NCBI GenBank assembly: GCA_963709585.1
Contig: CAVPXI010000007.1
Span: forward strand, 480,001-544,000
DNA: 64,000 bases
Origin: Candidatus Dormiibacterota bacterium
GTDB lineage: Bacteria; Chloroflexota; Dormibacteria; Aeolococcales; Aeolococcaceae
Direction: 5' to 3'
The translations under genes were made by a program, and so were the position numbers. A model generated the notes under the pieces. The model was not told the DNA's origin and ran no database searches. It was given only the letters and a program-made list of their open reading frames with translations. Positions 38,385-48,543 of the stretch are shown piece after piece; positions within the stretch are counted from its first letter, which is position 1, and every line of letters begins with the position of its first letter.

Positions 38385-39534
38385 ATGAGTGACGACCGTC
38401 CCGTACTCCTCTTCGGGGAGACGTACCACCACCCCGACATCCTGTATCGCACCGGATTCCTCGCGCCCGATCCGGTGGTCGTCGTCGACCGCGGCGGCTC
38501 GGACACGGTGCTCTGGACGAGCGCGCTCGAGGAGGGCCGAGCTCGCAAGCAGGCTTCGGTGGGCGAGGTGCGCAGCACCGTGGAGCTGGACATCCCGGCC
38601 GGGCCCGCGGGAGGCAACGAATACGACGGTTGGGCGGCCCTGTTGGTGGCCGTCTGTCGCGAGCACGGTCTCAGTGCCGTCGATGTGGACAGCGACTTTC
38701 CCACCGTGCTCGCCGACCACCTCAGGCACAACGATGTCGACGTCCGGCCGCGCACGGACATCTACCAGCAGCGGCGCCGGATCAAGACACCCCAGGAGGT
38801 GGTGTGGATCACCTCCACGGAGAACGCCGGCATGGCGGGGCTCCAGAAGGCCATCGATGTGATCGCCGCGGCAGAGATCCGCGACGGCCTGCTCGTCCAC
38901 GAAGGGCGCAACCTCACCAGCAAGGACCTCATCTTCACCATCGAGAGCCACCTCCTCGAACAGGGCTGCAGCACCGAGGACTTCGATCGCCTGCGGCGGC
39001 CCTGAATCGGCGGATCCTCACCGGGCGATGAGCGACGTGATTCGCGCGGGCCTGCCGATCGTGCTCGACATCTACCCGTTCAACAAGACCACGCGGTACT
39101 GGGGCGACATGACCCGCACCGTCGTTCGCGGAACGCCGCCGCCGCAGGTGGAGCGCATGTGGGATGCCGTGCTCGAAGCCCAGCAGGCGGGCCTCGACAC
39201 CGTGAAGCCGGGAGCGAACGGACGCGACGTGCATTACGCGTGCTGCGAGGTCTTCAAGAAGCACGGCTACGCGTCGCTGGCCAGGCCGTATCGAGATATC
39301 CAGAGCGATGCGCGCTTTATTCACGGGACCGGGCACGGGCTCGGGCTCGAGATCCACGAGTTCCCCCGCGTCAACGAATCGGACGTCGTCCTCGAAGTCG
39401 GGGATGTGATCACTGTCGAGCCCGGGCTCTACGACCCGAGCCTTGGTGGCATCCGCATCGAGGACCTCGTGGTGGTCACCGCGACCGGCTGCCGAAACCT
39501 CACCACCCTGCCGAAGACCTTCCGGCTGGCCTGA
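38385..39534 (+). CDS. Xaa-Pro aminopeptidase (M24 family); one apparent frameshift
   Basis: RRIKT..E, DIYP..YWGDMTRT, HGTGHGLGLEIHE, VEPGLY, GIRIED; repairing 38979-38984 gives EDSIACGGPESADPH. Confidence 0.9.
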
Positions 39535-39637
39535 GAGCGGCTCCTGCTACACTGCGAGCGCTTCTCATCGAGGAGCGTTTCCACATAACGCTTTCCTGCG
39601 CCCGGATCGCGACTGCCTGATCACCTCGGCAGCCGCA

Positions 39638-39675
39638 GCACCCCGGGCGCCGCAAGCCCAGAGGAAAGGAGGTGC
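39638..39675 (+). promoter_or_regulatory. Putative S6:S18-binding rpsF leader RNA
   Basis: GCACC (39638-42) pairs with GGTGC (39671-75) overlapping the GGAGG SD; CCG element followed by GGGC-GCCGCAA-GCCC hairpin; TG-N-TACACT -10 near 39548. Confidence 0.6.
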
Positions 39676-39680
39676 CACGC

Positions 39681-40142
39681 ATGGTGCGTGACTACGAGCT
39701 GATGTACATCGTCCGGCCGGAGCTGGAGGATGACGCGGTGCGCGTCGCCGTGAAGTCGGTGCGCGGCCTGATCGAGTCCCAGGGCGGCGAGGTCGTCAAG
39801 ACCACGCTGTGGGGCAAGCGGCGTCTCGCCTACGAGGTCAAGCGGCTTCGCGAAGGGCACTACGTCCTGGTCGTGTTCCACCTCGACGGCGACAAGGTCG
39901 CGGAGATCGAGCGCGCGCTCCGGATCCACGACACCGTGTTCCGCCACCTCATCGTCGTCCACGAGGGTCCGATGCCGGAGCCCGAGGCCGAGATCGAGGA
40001 GGTGCAGGGACCGATCGAGCCCGCTGCTGACATCGACGGCGCAGACGCGGATACTGTCGATGCAGGGTCCGTGGGTGGGGACGACGATCTGGAAGCAGAC
40101 GACGTGCCCTCGGCAATCGACGAAGACGAAGGAGATTTGTGA
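39681..40142 (+). CDS. rpsF: 30S ribosomal protein S6 with long acidic tail
   Basis: YELMYIVRP, WGKRRLAYEV, GHY; SD AAGGAGGT. Confidence 0.96.
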   Translation: MVRDYELMYIVRPELEDDAVRVAVKSVRGLIESQGGEVVKTTLWGKRRLAYEVKRLREGHYVLVVFHLDGDKVAEIERALRIHDTVFRHLIVVHEGPMPEPEAEIEEVQGPIEPAADIDGADADTVDAGSVGGDDDLEADDVPSAIDEDEGDL

Positions 40143-40597
40143 TGGCGGGTTCCCTCAATCGCGTGATGCTCATCGGCAGGCTGACCCGCGACCCCGAGCT
40201 TCGCTACACGCCGAGCGGCACCGCCGTGTGCAACCTGGCGCTCGCGACCAATCGCTACGGGAGCGACCCGGCGACCGGGGAGCGCAAGGAGTTCACCGAC
40301 TACCACGACGTGGTCGTCTGGAACCAGGGCACCCGCAAGCTCGCCGAGACCACCGCGCAGTACCTGCAGAAGGGCCGGCTCGTCTATGTCGAGGGCAGGT
40401 TGCAGACCCGCTCCTGGGACGACGCCCAGAGCGGCCAGAAGCGCTACAAGACCGAGGTCAACGCCAACGATGTGCAGTTCCTGGACAGCGCAGGCGGCCG
40501 TCAGGAAGGTGGTGCGCCTGCCGGCGACGGCGGCGCCGCGGTGCCGGTCACGGTTCCTGCGGGTGGCGACGTCGACCCTGATGACATTCCGTTCTGA
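40142..40597 (+). CDS. ssb: Single-stranded DNA-binding protein
   Basis: [29 protein letters not shown]-terminal DDIPF. Confidence 0.97.
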   Translation: MAGSLNRVMLIGRLTRDPELRYTPSGTAVCNLALATNRYGSDPATGERKEFTDYHDVVVWNQGTRKLAETTAQYLQKGRLVYVEGRLQTRSWDDAQSGQKRYKTEVNANDVQFLDSAGGRQEGGAPAGDGGAAVPVTVPAGGDVDPDDIPF

Positions 40598-40608
40598 GCT
40601 GGAGAGCC

Positions 40609-40836
40609 ATGCCTGATTTCGACCGCCGCCGCCGCAAGGTGTGCAGCTTTTGCCTGGAGCACATCGATTTCATCGACTACAAAGAGGTCACGCGCCTGCG
40701 CCGCTACCTCTCGGAACGGGGCAAGATCCTGCCGCGGCGCATGACCGGCACGTGTGCCCGGCACCAGCGGACGCTGACGGTTGCGCTGAAGCGGGCGCGG
40801 CACATCGCGCTGTTGCCATTTGCGGAGATCCGCTAA
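40609..40836 (+). CDS. rpsR: 30S ribosomal protein S18 (zinc-binding form)
   Basis: CSFC, IDYK, GKILPRR.TG.CARHQR. Confidence 0.97.
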   Translation: MPDFDRRRRKVCSFCLEHIDFIDYKEVTRLRRYLSERGKILPRRMTGTCARHQRTLTVALKRARHIALLPFAEIR

Positions 40837-42131
40837 GAGCTCGGTCCGGCGCACGGAGTTGGGCTCAAGGCATCGTTGAGGTACGCGGCGCAGCTGCCTG
40901 GTGCCGGACCGCCGCCTTCGAAGACTTCGACCTCCCAACCCAGCGCTGATGAAGCCACGACCGACAGGGAGACCGGTTGACCTGGGACCTGGTCAGATGG
41001 CGTGAAGAATTCGGGGAGACCCCCGCAGCGGATCGTCGCGACTTGCGGAGTGCTGGTCGCGATCTTCAACGATCCAGCCCCTGAGCAGTCGACTCCGATC
41101 GAGTAGACCGTGGCCGCGGTGAACGCCGAGATATCGCCCGATCCCCGGCCATACGCGGTGGGTGCCACTGCTCGGGCGCCGGCGGAGGGCACCAAAATCG
41201 GCGGCGGTCCATCTGTCATGAGGATCTCCCAACTGACCGCGGAGTTGGCGGTGACATATGTCGTCACTGAACCGCCATTCGGGCCACCTTGGTTCGATTC
41301 AAACCATGAGCCATGTCCCCCTGAGGGCGTGGAGCACCCGGCGATCTCCGAGCCGAAACGTTGGTTTTGCCCTATCTGCACAGTGTCCGCAGCGGTGGCC
41401 GAGTTGCAGGCGACCTGAACATAAACGTCTTCGCCTGGTGCGAGCACGAAGGCGGGGAGAGTCGCCAACCCTGTGCCGTACGTCACCGGGACGAGAACAC
41501 GCGAGTCCGGATCAATCGTGAACGGCGGCAACAATGCCCTGCTCTGGGCCACGAAGATCTCCCAGCGCATCGATGGGTCGGCGGTGACCCGCAGCGTCAG
41601 CGGCTTGTCGTCGTAGGCTTTTGGACCCTCCACCGTCATCGTGGTGACGGCAGTGTCGGCCGAGCATTGCTCGAGGACGTTGTCGATCACGTGGTTGGTT
41701 GAGGCAATCTCGAACGAACCCGGCCCCAGACAGTCGAATTGGATATAGAGCGTCCCCTGCGGCACAAACGTCCGGAGTTGCAGCGGTCCATGGCCGCTGG
41801 TCAGCGAAATCACGACGTGGGCAGCAGTGGGAACGCCACGGTCACCGAGCAGGGGCATCGCCTTGAGGGGCGATGCAGAGGGAGAGGCGGACCTGGCGGC
41901 TGGTCCGGGTGCCGGATTGTCGTGACTTCTCAGCTCGATGGCAAACACCGCGATGCCCGCCGCGACGACGGCAGCAGCGGCCAGCCCGGCAAACAGGTTG
42001 AACATCGTGCGCCGTCCGCGACCCGGCGACTCGACCTCGATGTCCGTCAGCCCCGACGGCGGGGTTGATGATTCGATGTGCTCGAAGAAGACGCGCAGCT
42101 TCGAATCGAGACGAGGGTCGATGTCAACCAT
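40833..42131 (-). CDS. Putative anti-sigma / membrane sensor with three tandem extracellular repeat domains
   Basis: Paralog of 3811-4767 ([13 protein letters not shown] vs MIDIGPRLDSRLR); one TM helix; three two-Cys repeats ending WEI/WEV. Confidence 0.7.
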   Translation of the reverse strand: MVDIDPRLDSKLRVFFEHIESSTPPSGLTDIEVESPGRGRRTMFNLFAGLAAAAVVAAGIAVFAIELRSHDNPAPGPAARSASPSASPLKAMPLLGDRGVPTAAHVVISLTSGHGPLQLRTFVPQGTLYIQFDCLGPGSFEIASTNHVIDNVLEQCSADTAVTTMTVEGPKAYDDKPLTLRVTADPSMRWEIFVAQSRALLPPFTIDPDSRVLVPVTYGTGLATLPAFVLAPGEDVYVQVACNSATAADTVQIGQNQRFGSEIAGCSTPSGGHGSWFESNQGGPNGGSVTTYVTANSAVSWEILMTDGPPPILVPSAGARAVAPTAYGRGSGDISAFTAATVYSIGVDCSGAGSLKIATSTPQVATIRCGGLPEFFTPSDQVPGQPVSLSVVASSALGWEVEVFEGGGPAPGSCAAYLNDALSPTPCAGPSS

Positions 42132-42645
42132 CGCCAAGCTCCTTTCGCAACGTGACGAGGCCTCGTGCGAGGTGGGCTCGCACGGTTCCGGGCCGGCAGC
42201 CCATGAAGACGGCGCACTCTTCAACGGAGTAACCGTGCCGGTAGTTGAGCGTGATCGCGGCCCGCTGCCTGAGCGAGAGCCGGCGATACGCCCGGTCGAT
42301 GTCGACGAACTCCGCTGCCGCCCCCGGGTCGCCGCGTGACGCAGCGTCCTCGATCAGCGCCTGCGGCGGCCACCCGCGCAAGCGCAGGTGACGGCGCCGG
42401 CTGATGCAGTGGTTGACGCAGACGCGGGTCAGCCACGAGGCGGGACGCTCCATCCCCGCCACCGAGCCCCAGGACCGCCAGGCCTTGAGCAGCGTTTCCT
42501 GAACCGCATCCTCAGCCTCACCTTCGTCTCGAAGGATCGAGAGCGCGAGCGAGTAGAGCCGCCTGGCGTCCGGAACGGCAACGGCCTCGAAGGTCCGTTC
42601 GGGCAACGCCTCGCCCGCCGGAACAACGCTCGCCGGTGCAATCAC
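42124..42645 (-). CDS. ECF RNA polymerase sigma factor (copy 2)
   Basis: AEDAVQETLLKAWR, WLTRVCVNHC, GYSVEECAVFMGCRPGTVRAHL; GTG start by alignment to copy 1 (ATG at 42651 is an alternative). Confidence 0.92.
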   Translation of the reverse strand: MIAPASVVPAGEALPERTFEAVAVPDARRLYSLALSILRDEGEAEDAVQETLLKAWRSWGSVAGMERPASWLTRVCVNHCISRRRHLRLRGWPPQALIEDAASRGDPGAAAEFVDIDRAYRRLSLRQRAAITLNYRHGYSVEECAVFMGCRPGTVRAHLARGLVTLRKELGDG

Positions 42646-42650
42646 ACTCA

Positions 42651-42684
42651 TCCCAACGCTCTGCACCGCGGTTTTGCTGACACG
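42651..42684 (-). promoter_or_regulatory. Putative ECF-sigma autoregulatory promoter (copy 2)
   Basis: Minus strand CGTGTCAGCAAAA-N12-GCGTTGGGA. Confidence 0.65.
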
Positions 42685-42710
42685 CCGTACCTATACTGGG
42701 CCGCAGGCGC

Positions 42711-43724
42711 ATGCGCCACCGGGCACGTTCTCTCCACATCCTTGCCCTCGCCCCGGTCGCCGCAGTTCTCGCGGGTGTCCCCGGCCCGACGCCCCACGCC
42801 CAAGCGGCTTCGTCCAGGGCGCCGGTTCCGGTCGTGGTCACCGTCGACCCCGGCCATGGCGGCCCGTCCGACCGCGGAGCAATCGGGATGAATGGGCTGC
42901 TCGAGAAGGTCGTCGACCTCGACGTGGGCGCGAGGCTCGCGGGCCTGCTGCGCGCCGACCTCGTCGAGGTGGTGATGACCCGAAGTTCCGACGTCAGCGT
43001 GTCCGCCTCTCGGCGCGAACGGGTCTCGATCGCGCATCACGCGGCACTCGTGGTGAGCATCGCAGCCGGCGCCGCGGCCAACGCGAGGACCGCCGGCTCG
43101 CTGGTGCTCTATCCGACCAGCGCGAGCGCCGCGTTCGCGCAGACGCTGAGCGATGCGCTTACCGCCCAGATCGCGGCCGGCGGCGTGCGCGGCGGCGGCG
43201 TGGAGCTCGGCGACCCGGCGTGGGCCCACAACCCAGTGCCGGTCGCGACCGTCGAGATGGGCTATCTCAGCAACCGGACCGACGCATCGCTGATGGTCTC
43301 GGCATCCTTCCGTCAGGACGTGGCCGTCGGGCTGCGCGACGGCGTCGAGGCTTACATGCCCGCGATCATCGCCCGGCGCGATGCGATCCGAGCGTGGCGG
43401 AGCGGCCACCCTGGCACAGTCGCGCCCGGATCGCTCACTCCAGCCTCGGCCACGCTGCCGGGAACGAGTGGGTTCCAGTTCGGCCAGGTCATCGCGTGGC
43501 TCGCCGGCATCGGCATCGTTGGCGTGGTGCTGCTGTTTCGCGATGCGGTGGCACGCGTGCTGGTGGTGCTGATCGCCCTGGTCCTGCGATTGTTCGGGGG
43601 CGTGCTGTGGCTGCGCCGGGCCGCGATTCGACGCCGACGAAGGCGACGTCGTTTTTCCCCGGACTCACCGGTCGAGGATCCCGTGCCGCGCAGCGGTTCT
43701 GTGTACGACGACATCCCGCTGTGA
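42711..43724 (+). CDS. N-acetylmuramoyl-L-alanine amidase (Amidase_3)-like membrane protein with degenerate zinc site
   Basis: DPGHGG, EK, MTR, VEMGYLSN present but SIH reads SIA; C-terminal hydrophobic helices and a poly-Arg run. Confidence 0.8.
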   Translation: MRHRARSLHILALAPVAAVLAGVPGPTPHAQAASSRAPVPVVVTVDPGHGGPSDRGAIGMNGLLEKVVDLDVGARLAGLLRADLVEVVMTRSSDVSVSASRRERVSIAHHAALVVSIAAGAAANARTAGSLVLYPTSASAAFAQTLSDALTAQIAAGGVRGGGVELGDPAWAHNPVPVATVEMGYLSNRTDASLMVSASFRQDVAVGLRDGVEAYMPAIIARRDAIRAWRSGHPGTVAPGSLTPASATLPGTSGFQFGQVIAWLAGIGIVGVVLLFRDAVARVLVVLIALVLRLFGGVLWLRRAAIRRRRRRRRFSPDSPVEDPVPRSGSVYDDIPL

Positions 43725-44056
43725 TGTCGAACATCGACACGGTCCGCGCGTCGATGGACGCGTACGGCGACCAGGACCTCGAGGCCGCCACGCGCCTGCT
43801 TGCCGAGGATTTCACCTTCACCAGCCCCCAGGACGACCACATCGACAAGTCGGCGTATCTCGAGCGCTGCTTCCCCACCGCGGACCGGTTCGCCGCGTCC
43901 GAAATCGTGGCGATCGTTGCGGCCGGCGATGACAGCGTCCTTCTGCTCTACGAATACGAGTTGACGAACGGCGAGCGCTACCGGAATACCGAGTACATAA
44001 CGGTGCGCAACGGGCAGTTGGTCGAAACCCAGGTGTTCTTCGGCGGCCGCGTGTAG
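43724..44056 (+). CDS. SnoaL-like / NTF2 family protein
   Basis: LLAEDFTFTSP..D, NTE.I.V..G...E.QVFFG. Confidence 0.8.
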   Translation: MSNIDTVRASMDAYGDQDLEAATRLLAEDFTFTSPQDDHIDKSAYLERCFPTADRFAASEIVAIVAAGDDSVLLLYEYELTNGERYRNTEYITVRNGQLVETQVFFGGRV

Positions 44057-44211
44057 CCCGGACCCGGCTCGCTTGGCTCCGCCCTCAGTCGGCCGTGGCG
44101 GTTGCATACTGCGGGCGTCCGCTAGGTCGATAGCCCGGGCAATTGCGCAGTCCAGTCCCGGTCCATAAACTCAAGGTCCTTGTCATCAACTCTCGGAGAG
44201 GAGCGTGAACG

Positions 44212-44691
44212 ATGGCCCCGACGAAAGCTGCAACCACGGCCACGCCGAAGCCGGCGAAGCGCACCACTGCGAACGCCACCGCATCCAAGGGATTCAGCGC
44301 TGAAGAGAAGGCCGCAGCGCGCGAGCGCGTCCGGGAGCTGAAGGCAGAGGCGGCCAAGGCGGATGGAAAAACAGAGCTCCTCGCGGCTATCGCCAGGATG
44401 CAGGAACCGGATCGCACCATTGCCAAGAAGGTCCACGCGCTGATCACAGCCGCGGCACCGGCCCTCGCACCGAAAACCTGGTACGGGATGCCCGCTTATG
44501 CCAAGGACGGCAATGTCATCTGCTACTTCCAGAACGCCGGGAAGTTCAAGGTCCGATATCAGACGCTCGGCTTCAGCGACAAGGCGAAGGTCGACGACGG
44601 CGCCATGTGGCCGATTCAGTACGCGCTGAGCAAGTTGACTGCCACCGAAGAGGCAAAGATCACAGCCCTTGTGAAAAAAGCGGTGCGCTAA
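44212..44691 (+). CDS. DUF1801 (YdhG-like) protein
   Basis: FSAEEKAA, PKTWYGMPAY, KFKVRY.TLGF, MWP; GGAGAGGAG SD. Confidence 0.85.
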   Translation: MAPTKAATTATPKPAKRTTANATASKGFSAEEKAAARERVRELKAEAAKADGKTELLAAIARMQEPDRTIAKKVHALITAAAPALAPKTWYGMPAYAKDGNVICYFQNAGKFKVRYQTLGFSDKAKVDDGAMWPIQYALSKLTATEEAKITALVKKAVR

Positions 44692-44814
44692 GACGCGCCC
44701 CCTGACAGACATACACAAATCCGTTTAGGCTGCTGATTGTCGGGTGCTCACCCGGGAACGGGGCTCTGCCGGGCGATGGGAGCGTCGTGTGAAGCCCACA
44801 CGGAGGGCCGACTA

Positions 44815-45617
44815 TCAGGGCTGCGCGAGGATGGCCTTGTGCAGCAATGCGTTCACCGTGTCCGGCGCTTCGAGATTCACCATGTGCCCGAGTCCGGCAC
44901 GTCGATCCGCTGCGCACCGGGAATGCGCCGCGCGAGCAGATCGGCCATCGTCCGGAAACACGGCACGTCGAGCTCGCCGACGACAACGGTCGTGGGCACG
45001 CCGATCTGCTCGAGCATGGCGATCGGGTCCAAGTCCGTTCGCGCCTGGGGATCCTCATGCGTCCAGTGGAATCCCGAGTACGGTTCGACCAGCGCGGCGA
45101 GACGTCGCGCCAGCTGCGCGTCGCGGCACGCCGGGGCGAAGAGCGGATGCCGGAGCCAGGTGGCTCTCGCCGCGGACATCCCCTCGGTTGTCGCGGCACG
45201 CTCCGCATCTTTCATGCCTTGCTCGGACGCGGCGTCCCACTCCACACCATTGAGCACCGAATCCAGCAGTACCAGACCGCGGACGCGCTCAGGCGCGACG
45301 AGCGCGGTCTCGAGGACGACGCGCCCACCCATGGACAATCCGACAAACACTGCGCTGTCGATCCCAAGTCGATCGAGCAGCGCAAGCAAGTCTGCGCTGT
45401 GCGTGTAGGGGATCCCGGCGGAGGGCTCGCTCGATCGTCCGAAACCGCGCAGATCGCAGCGGACGACGGTCGCGACGTCGCGAAGGGCGGCAACCTGCTC
45501 GTCCCACATCCGGCCGTCGAGTGAGAAGCCGTGGACGAGTACGGCTGCCGGGCCCCTGCCATCGACGTCGTAGTGGAGGTCGGCTCCCGCAACCGGGAGC
45601 CGACCCTCAGTGTTCAC
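44815..45617 (-). CDS. Alpha/beta hydrolase; apparent frameshift near the C-terminus
   Basis: HGF, DLRGFGRS, GLSMGG, GELD; adding one base near 44886 restores GHMVNLEAP and a stop at 44815. Confidence 0.85.
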
Positions 45618-45716
45618 GTGCGGATTGTGGTCGAGCCTCTCCTACTCGCGGGCATCGCTCAGGCCCTGCCCCGTGTGGTCGCGGGGCGGAGGGCGGCCTT
45701 CGGTAGACTTCGGCGC

Positions 45717-46894
45717 ATGGGTGAACCACAGCTCCGCGTTCCCGGTCCGACCCCGCTCCCCGCTCGCGTGGTCCGCTCCGCGAGCCGTCCCATGATCAAC
45801 CACCGCGGCCCGGAGTTCGCCGAGGTGATGGATGACGTCATCGGCGGGCTGCGCTGGGCGCTGCGCACCGACAACGACATTCTGCTGTACCCCTGCAGTG
45901 GCACCGGTGGCCTCGAGGCCGCCGTGGTTAACCTGCTGAGCCCCGGCGAGCAGGCGCTGTTCTGCGTCATGGGATCGTTCGGGGAGCGCTGGGCAAAGAT
46001 CGGCGACACCTACAGCGCCGAGGTGGTGCGGCTGACCGTGCCTCAGGGCGAGCCCATCGATCCGGAGGACGTCGAGCGCACGCTTGCCGCGCACCCCGAC
46101 GTCACCACCGTCTTCGTCACGCACAACGAGACGTCGACCGGGGTGACCAACGACCTCGCGGGGATCGCGGGTGTTGTCAAGAGTCGCGGCAAGATGCTCG
46201 CGGTCGACAGCGTCAGCGGCGCCGGTTGCCTGCCGCTGGAGACGGACGCGCTCGGCATCGACGTCCTCGTGACCGGCTCCCAGAAGGGCTGGATGGCCCC
46301 GCCAGGCATCGCGATGATCGCAGTCAGCGCGGCGGCGTTCGCTCGTTCGGACACCGCCACGAACCCTCGCTTCTACCTCGACTTCGCCCGCGAGAAGAAG
46401 GCGCAGGACAAGAAGCAGACGGCCACGACGCCGCCAGTGTCGGTGATGTTCGCGCTCCAGGAAGGCCTGGCGATGCTTCGCGAAGAGGGACTGGACAACG
46501 TCTGGGCCCGCCACGCTCGCGTCGGCAGGATGATCCGCGCCGGTGTCCAGGCGATGGGCATGAGGCTGCTCGCCGCCGACGGTCATCGCAGCAACACCGT
46601 CACCGCGGTGCACAGCCCGGCGGATACACCGAGGCGTTGAAAAATCTGCTGACGACGTTGCGGACGGCACACAGCCTTGTGCTCGCGGGCGGCCAGGAAT
46701 CGCTGCAGGGGAAGATCTTCCGAATCGGCCACCTCGGTTTCATCGACGACGCCGACGCCTACACGATCCTCGCCCTGCTCGAGGCCGGACTGATCGACAC
46801 CGGACTGCGAACGCGCGGCGGACTCGCCATCGCGGCGGCACAGGCGGAAGCACGCGGGACGGTCGCGCAGGCAGAACCCGTCAGCGTCAGGTGA
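45717..46894 (+). CDS. Class V PLP aminotransferase (alanine/serine-glyoxylate family, possibly SerC-equivalent); one apparent frameshift
   Basis: PGPT, HRGPEF, SGTGGLEA, HNETSTGV, GSQKG, FRIGHLG; frame change near 46630. Confidence 0.9.
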
Positions 46895-48507
46895 CCGTCA
46901 CCGCGGAGCCACGCACCGCGGCCGGGACGGTGACACGCATCCTGGTGGCGGACCCGATCGCCGAGGACGGCGTGACCCGCCTGCGCGCCGCCGGCGAGGT
47001 CGACGTCATGACCGGGCTCGAGCCGAGCGCGCTCTGTGAGCGCATCGGAGACTACGACGCGCTTGTGGTTCGCAGCGAGACCAAGGTCACCGCCGACGTG
47101 TTCGCCGCCGCGCCGCGACTGCGCGTGGTCGGGCGCGCGGGGGTCGGCGTCGACAACATCGATCTCGAAGCCGCGACGCGGCATGGCGTGCTCGTGCTCA
47201 ACGCACCCACCGGCAACACCATCGCGGCGACCGAGCACGCCATCGCCATGATGCTGGCGCTCGCCCGCAACCTCCCCGCCGCCGACCGGTCCCTCCACGG
47301 CGGCCTGTGGGAGCGCTCGAAATTCATGGGTATCGAGCTGCGCGAGAAGACGCTCGGAGTCCTCGGACTTGGGAAGATCGGCTCCGAGGTCGCACGCATC
47401 GCCCGCGAGGGGCTGCGCATGCGGGTGCTCGCTCACGACCCGCTGGTCACCGCCGATCGCGCGCTCCAGGCGGGCGTGGAGCTCTGTGACTTTGAGACAT
47501 TGCTGACGGAAAGTGACTTCCTCACGGTCCACGTCCCGCTGACCGATGCCACCCGCGGCGTGATCGGCGCGGCAGAGCTCAAACGGATGCGCAAGGGCGC
47601 TCGCCTGATCAACGTTGCGCGCGGCGGCATCATCGACGAGCAGGCGCTCGCGGATGCGATCCGCGACGGCCATATCGCCGGGGCCGCCATCGACGTCTTC
47701 ACCAAGGAGCCGCCGGACGCCTCGAATCCGCTGCTCCAGCTCGAGAAGGTGGTGGTCACGCCGCACCTCGGCGCCAGCACACGCGAGGCCCAGGTGAATG
47801 TCGCTTTCGACGTGGCTGATCAGATCGTGGAATATCTGGCGGGCGGAACCCCGCGATACGCAGTCAACGCGCCCACGGTGCTGCCCGAGGAGCTGGCGAG
47901 GCTCCAGCCGTACCTCGTCCTGGCTGAGAAGATCGGCTCGCTCGCGGCGCAACTCGACGGTCGCAAGCTGCGCCGGGTGGTGTGCAGTTACTCCGGTGAG
48001 CTTGCAAGCATCGACACGTCGATCATCACCGCCCACGTGCTGCGCGGGCTCTTCGCGCATTTCACCGAGACCCGGGTCAACCCGGTCAACGCGAAGATCG
48101 TGGCCACGTCGATGGGCGTCGATGTCGACGAGCGCCACACCACACGCAGCGTCGATCCCGAGGGTTCGCTGTTCGTCGAGGTGGTCGGGGAGCAGAGGCT
48201 GACCATTGCCGGCACGCAGTTCGATGACGGCGCCCGGATCACCCGGATCAACGACTTCCGGGTCGACATGCAGCCCGCCGGCACCTTCCTCGTGGTCACC
48301 CACCAGGATCGTCCAGGTGTGATCGCCGCAATCTCAACGCTGCTCGCGCGCAATGACGTCAACATCGCCGGCATCGAGCTGGGGCGGGACCGTCCGCGCG
48401 GCCATGCGGTGATGCTGATGGAGATCGACGACCCGGTGAGCGTCGAGCTTCTCGAGGAGGTGCGCGAAACCGCCATGCTCGACCAGCTCCGCCAGGTGCG
48501 GCTCTGA
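46891..48507 (+). CDS. serA: D-3-phosphoglycerate dehydrogenase with ASB/ACT domains
   Basis: RAGVGVDNID, GLGKIG, NVARGG, TPHLGAST, DRPGVI. Confidence 0.95.
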   Translation: MTVTAEPRTAAGTVTRILVADPIAEDGVTRLRAAGEVDVMTGLEPSALCERIGDYDALVVRSETKVTADVFAAAPRLRVVGRAGVGVDNIDLEAATRHGVLVLNAPTGNTIAATEHAIAMMLALARNLPAADRSLHGGLWERSKFMGIELREKTLGVLGLGKIGSEVARIAREGLRMRVLAHDPLVTADRALQAGVELCDFETLLTESDFLTVHVPLTDATRGVIGAAELKRMRKGARLINVARGGIIDEQALADAIRDGHIAGAAIDVFTKEPPDASNPLLQLEKVVVTPHLGASTREAQVNVAFDVADQIVEYLAGGTPRYAVNAPTVLPEELARLQPYLVLAEKIGSLAAQLDGRKLRRVVCSYSGELASIDTSIITAHVLRGLFAHFTETRVNPVNAKIVATSMGVDVDERHTTRSVDPEGSLFVEVVGEQRLTIAGTQFDDGARITRINDFRVDMQPAGTFLVVTHQDRPGVIAAISTLLARNDVNIAGIELGRDRPRGHAVMLMEIDDPVSVELLEEVRETAMLDQLRQVRL

Positions 48508-48543
48508 GGGCCTGACGCTCCGTCCGCGGACGGAAGCACACGC

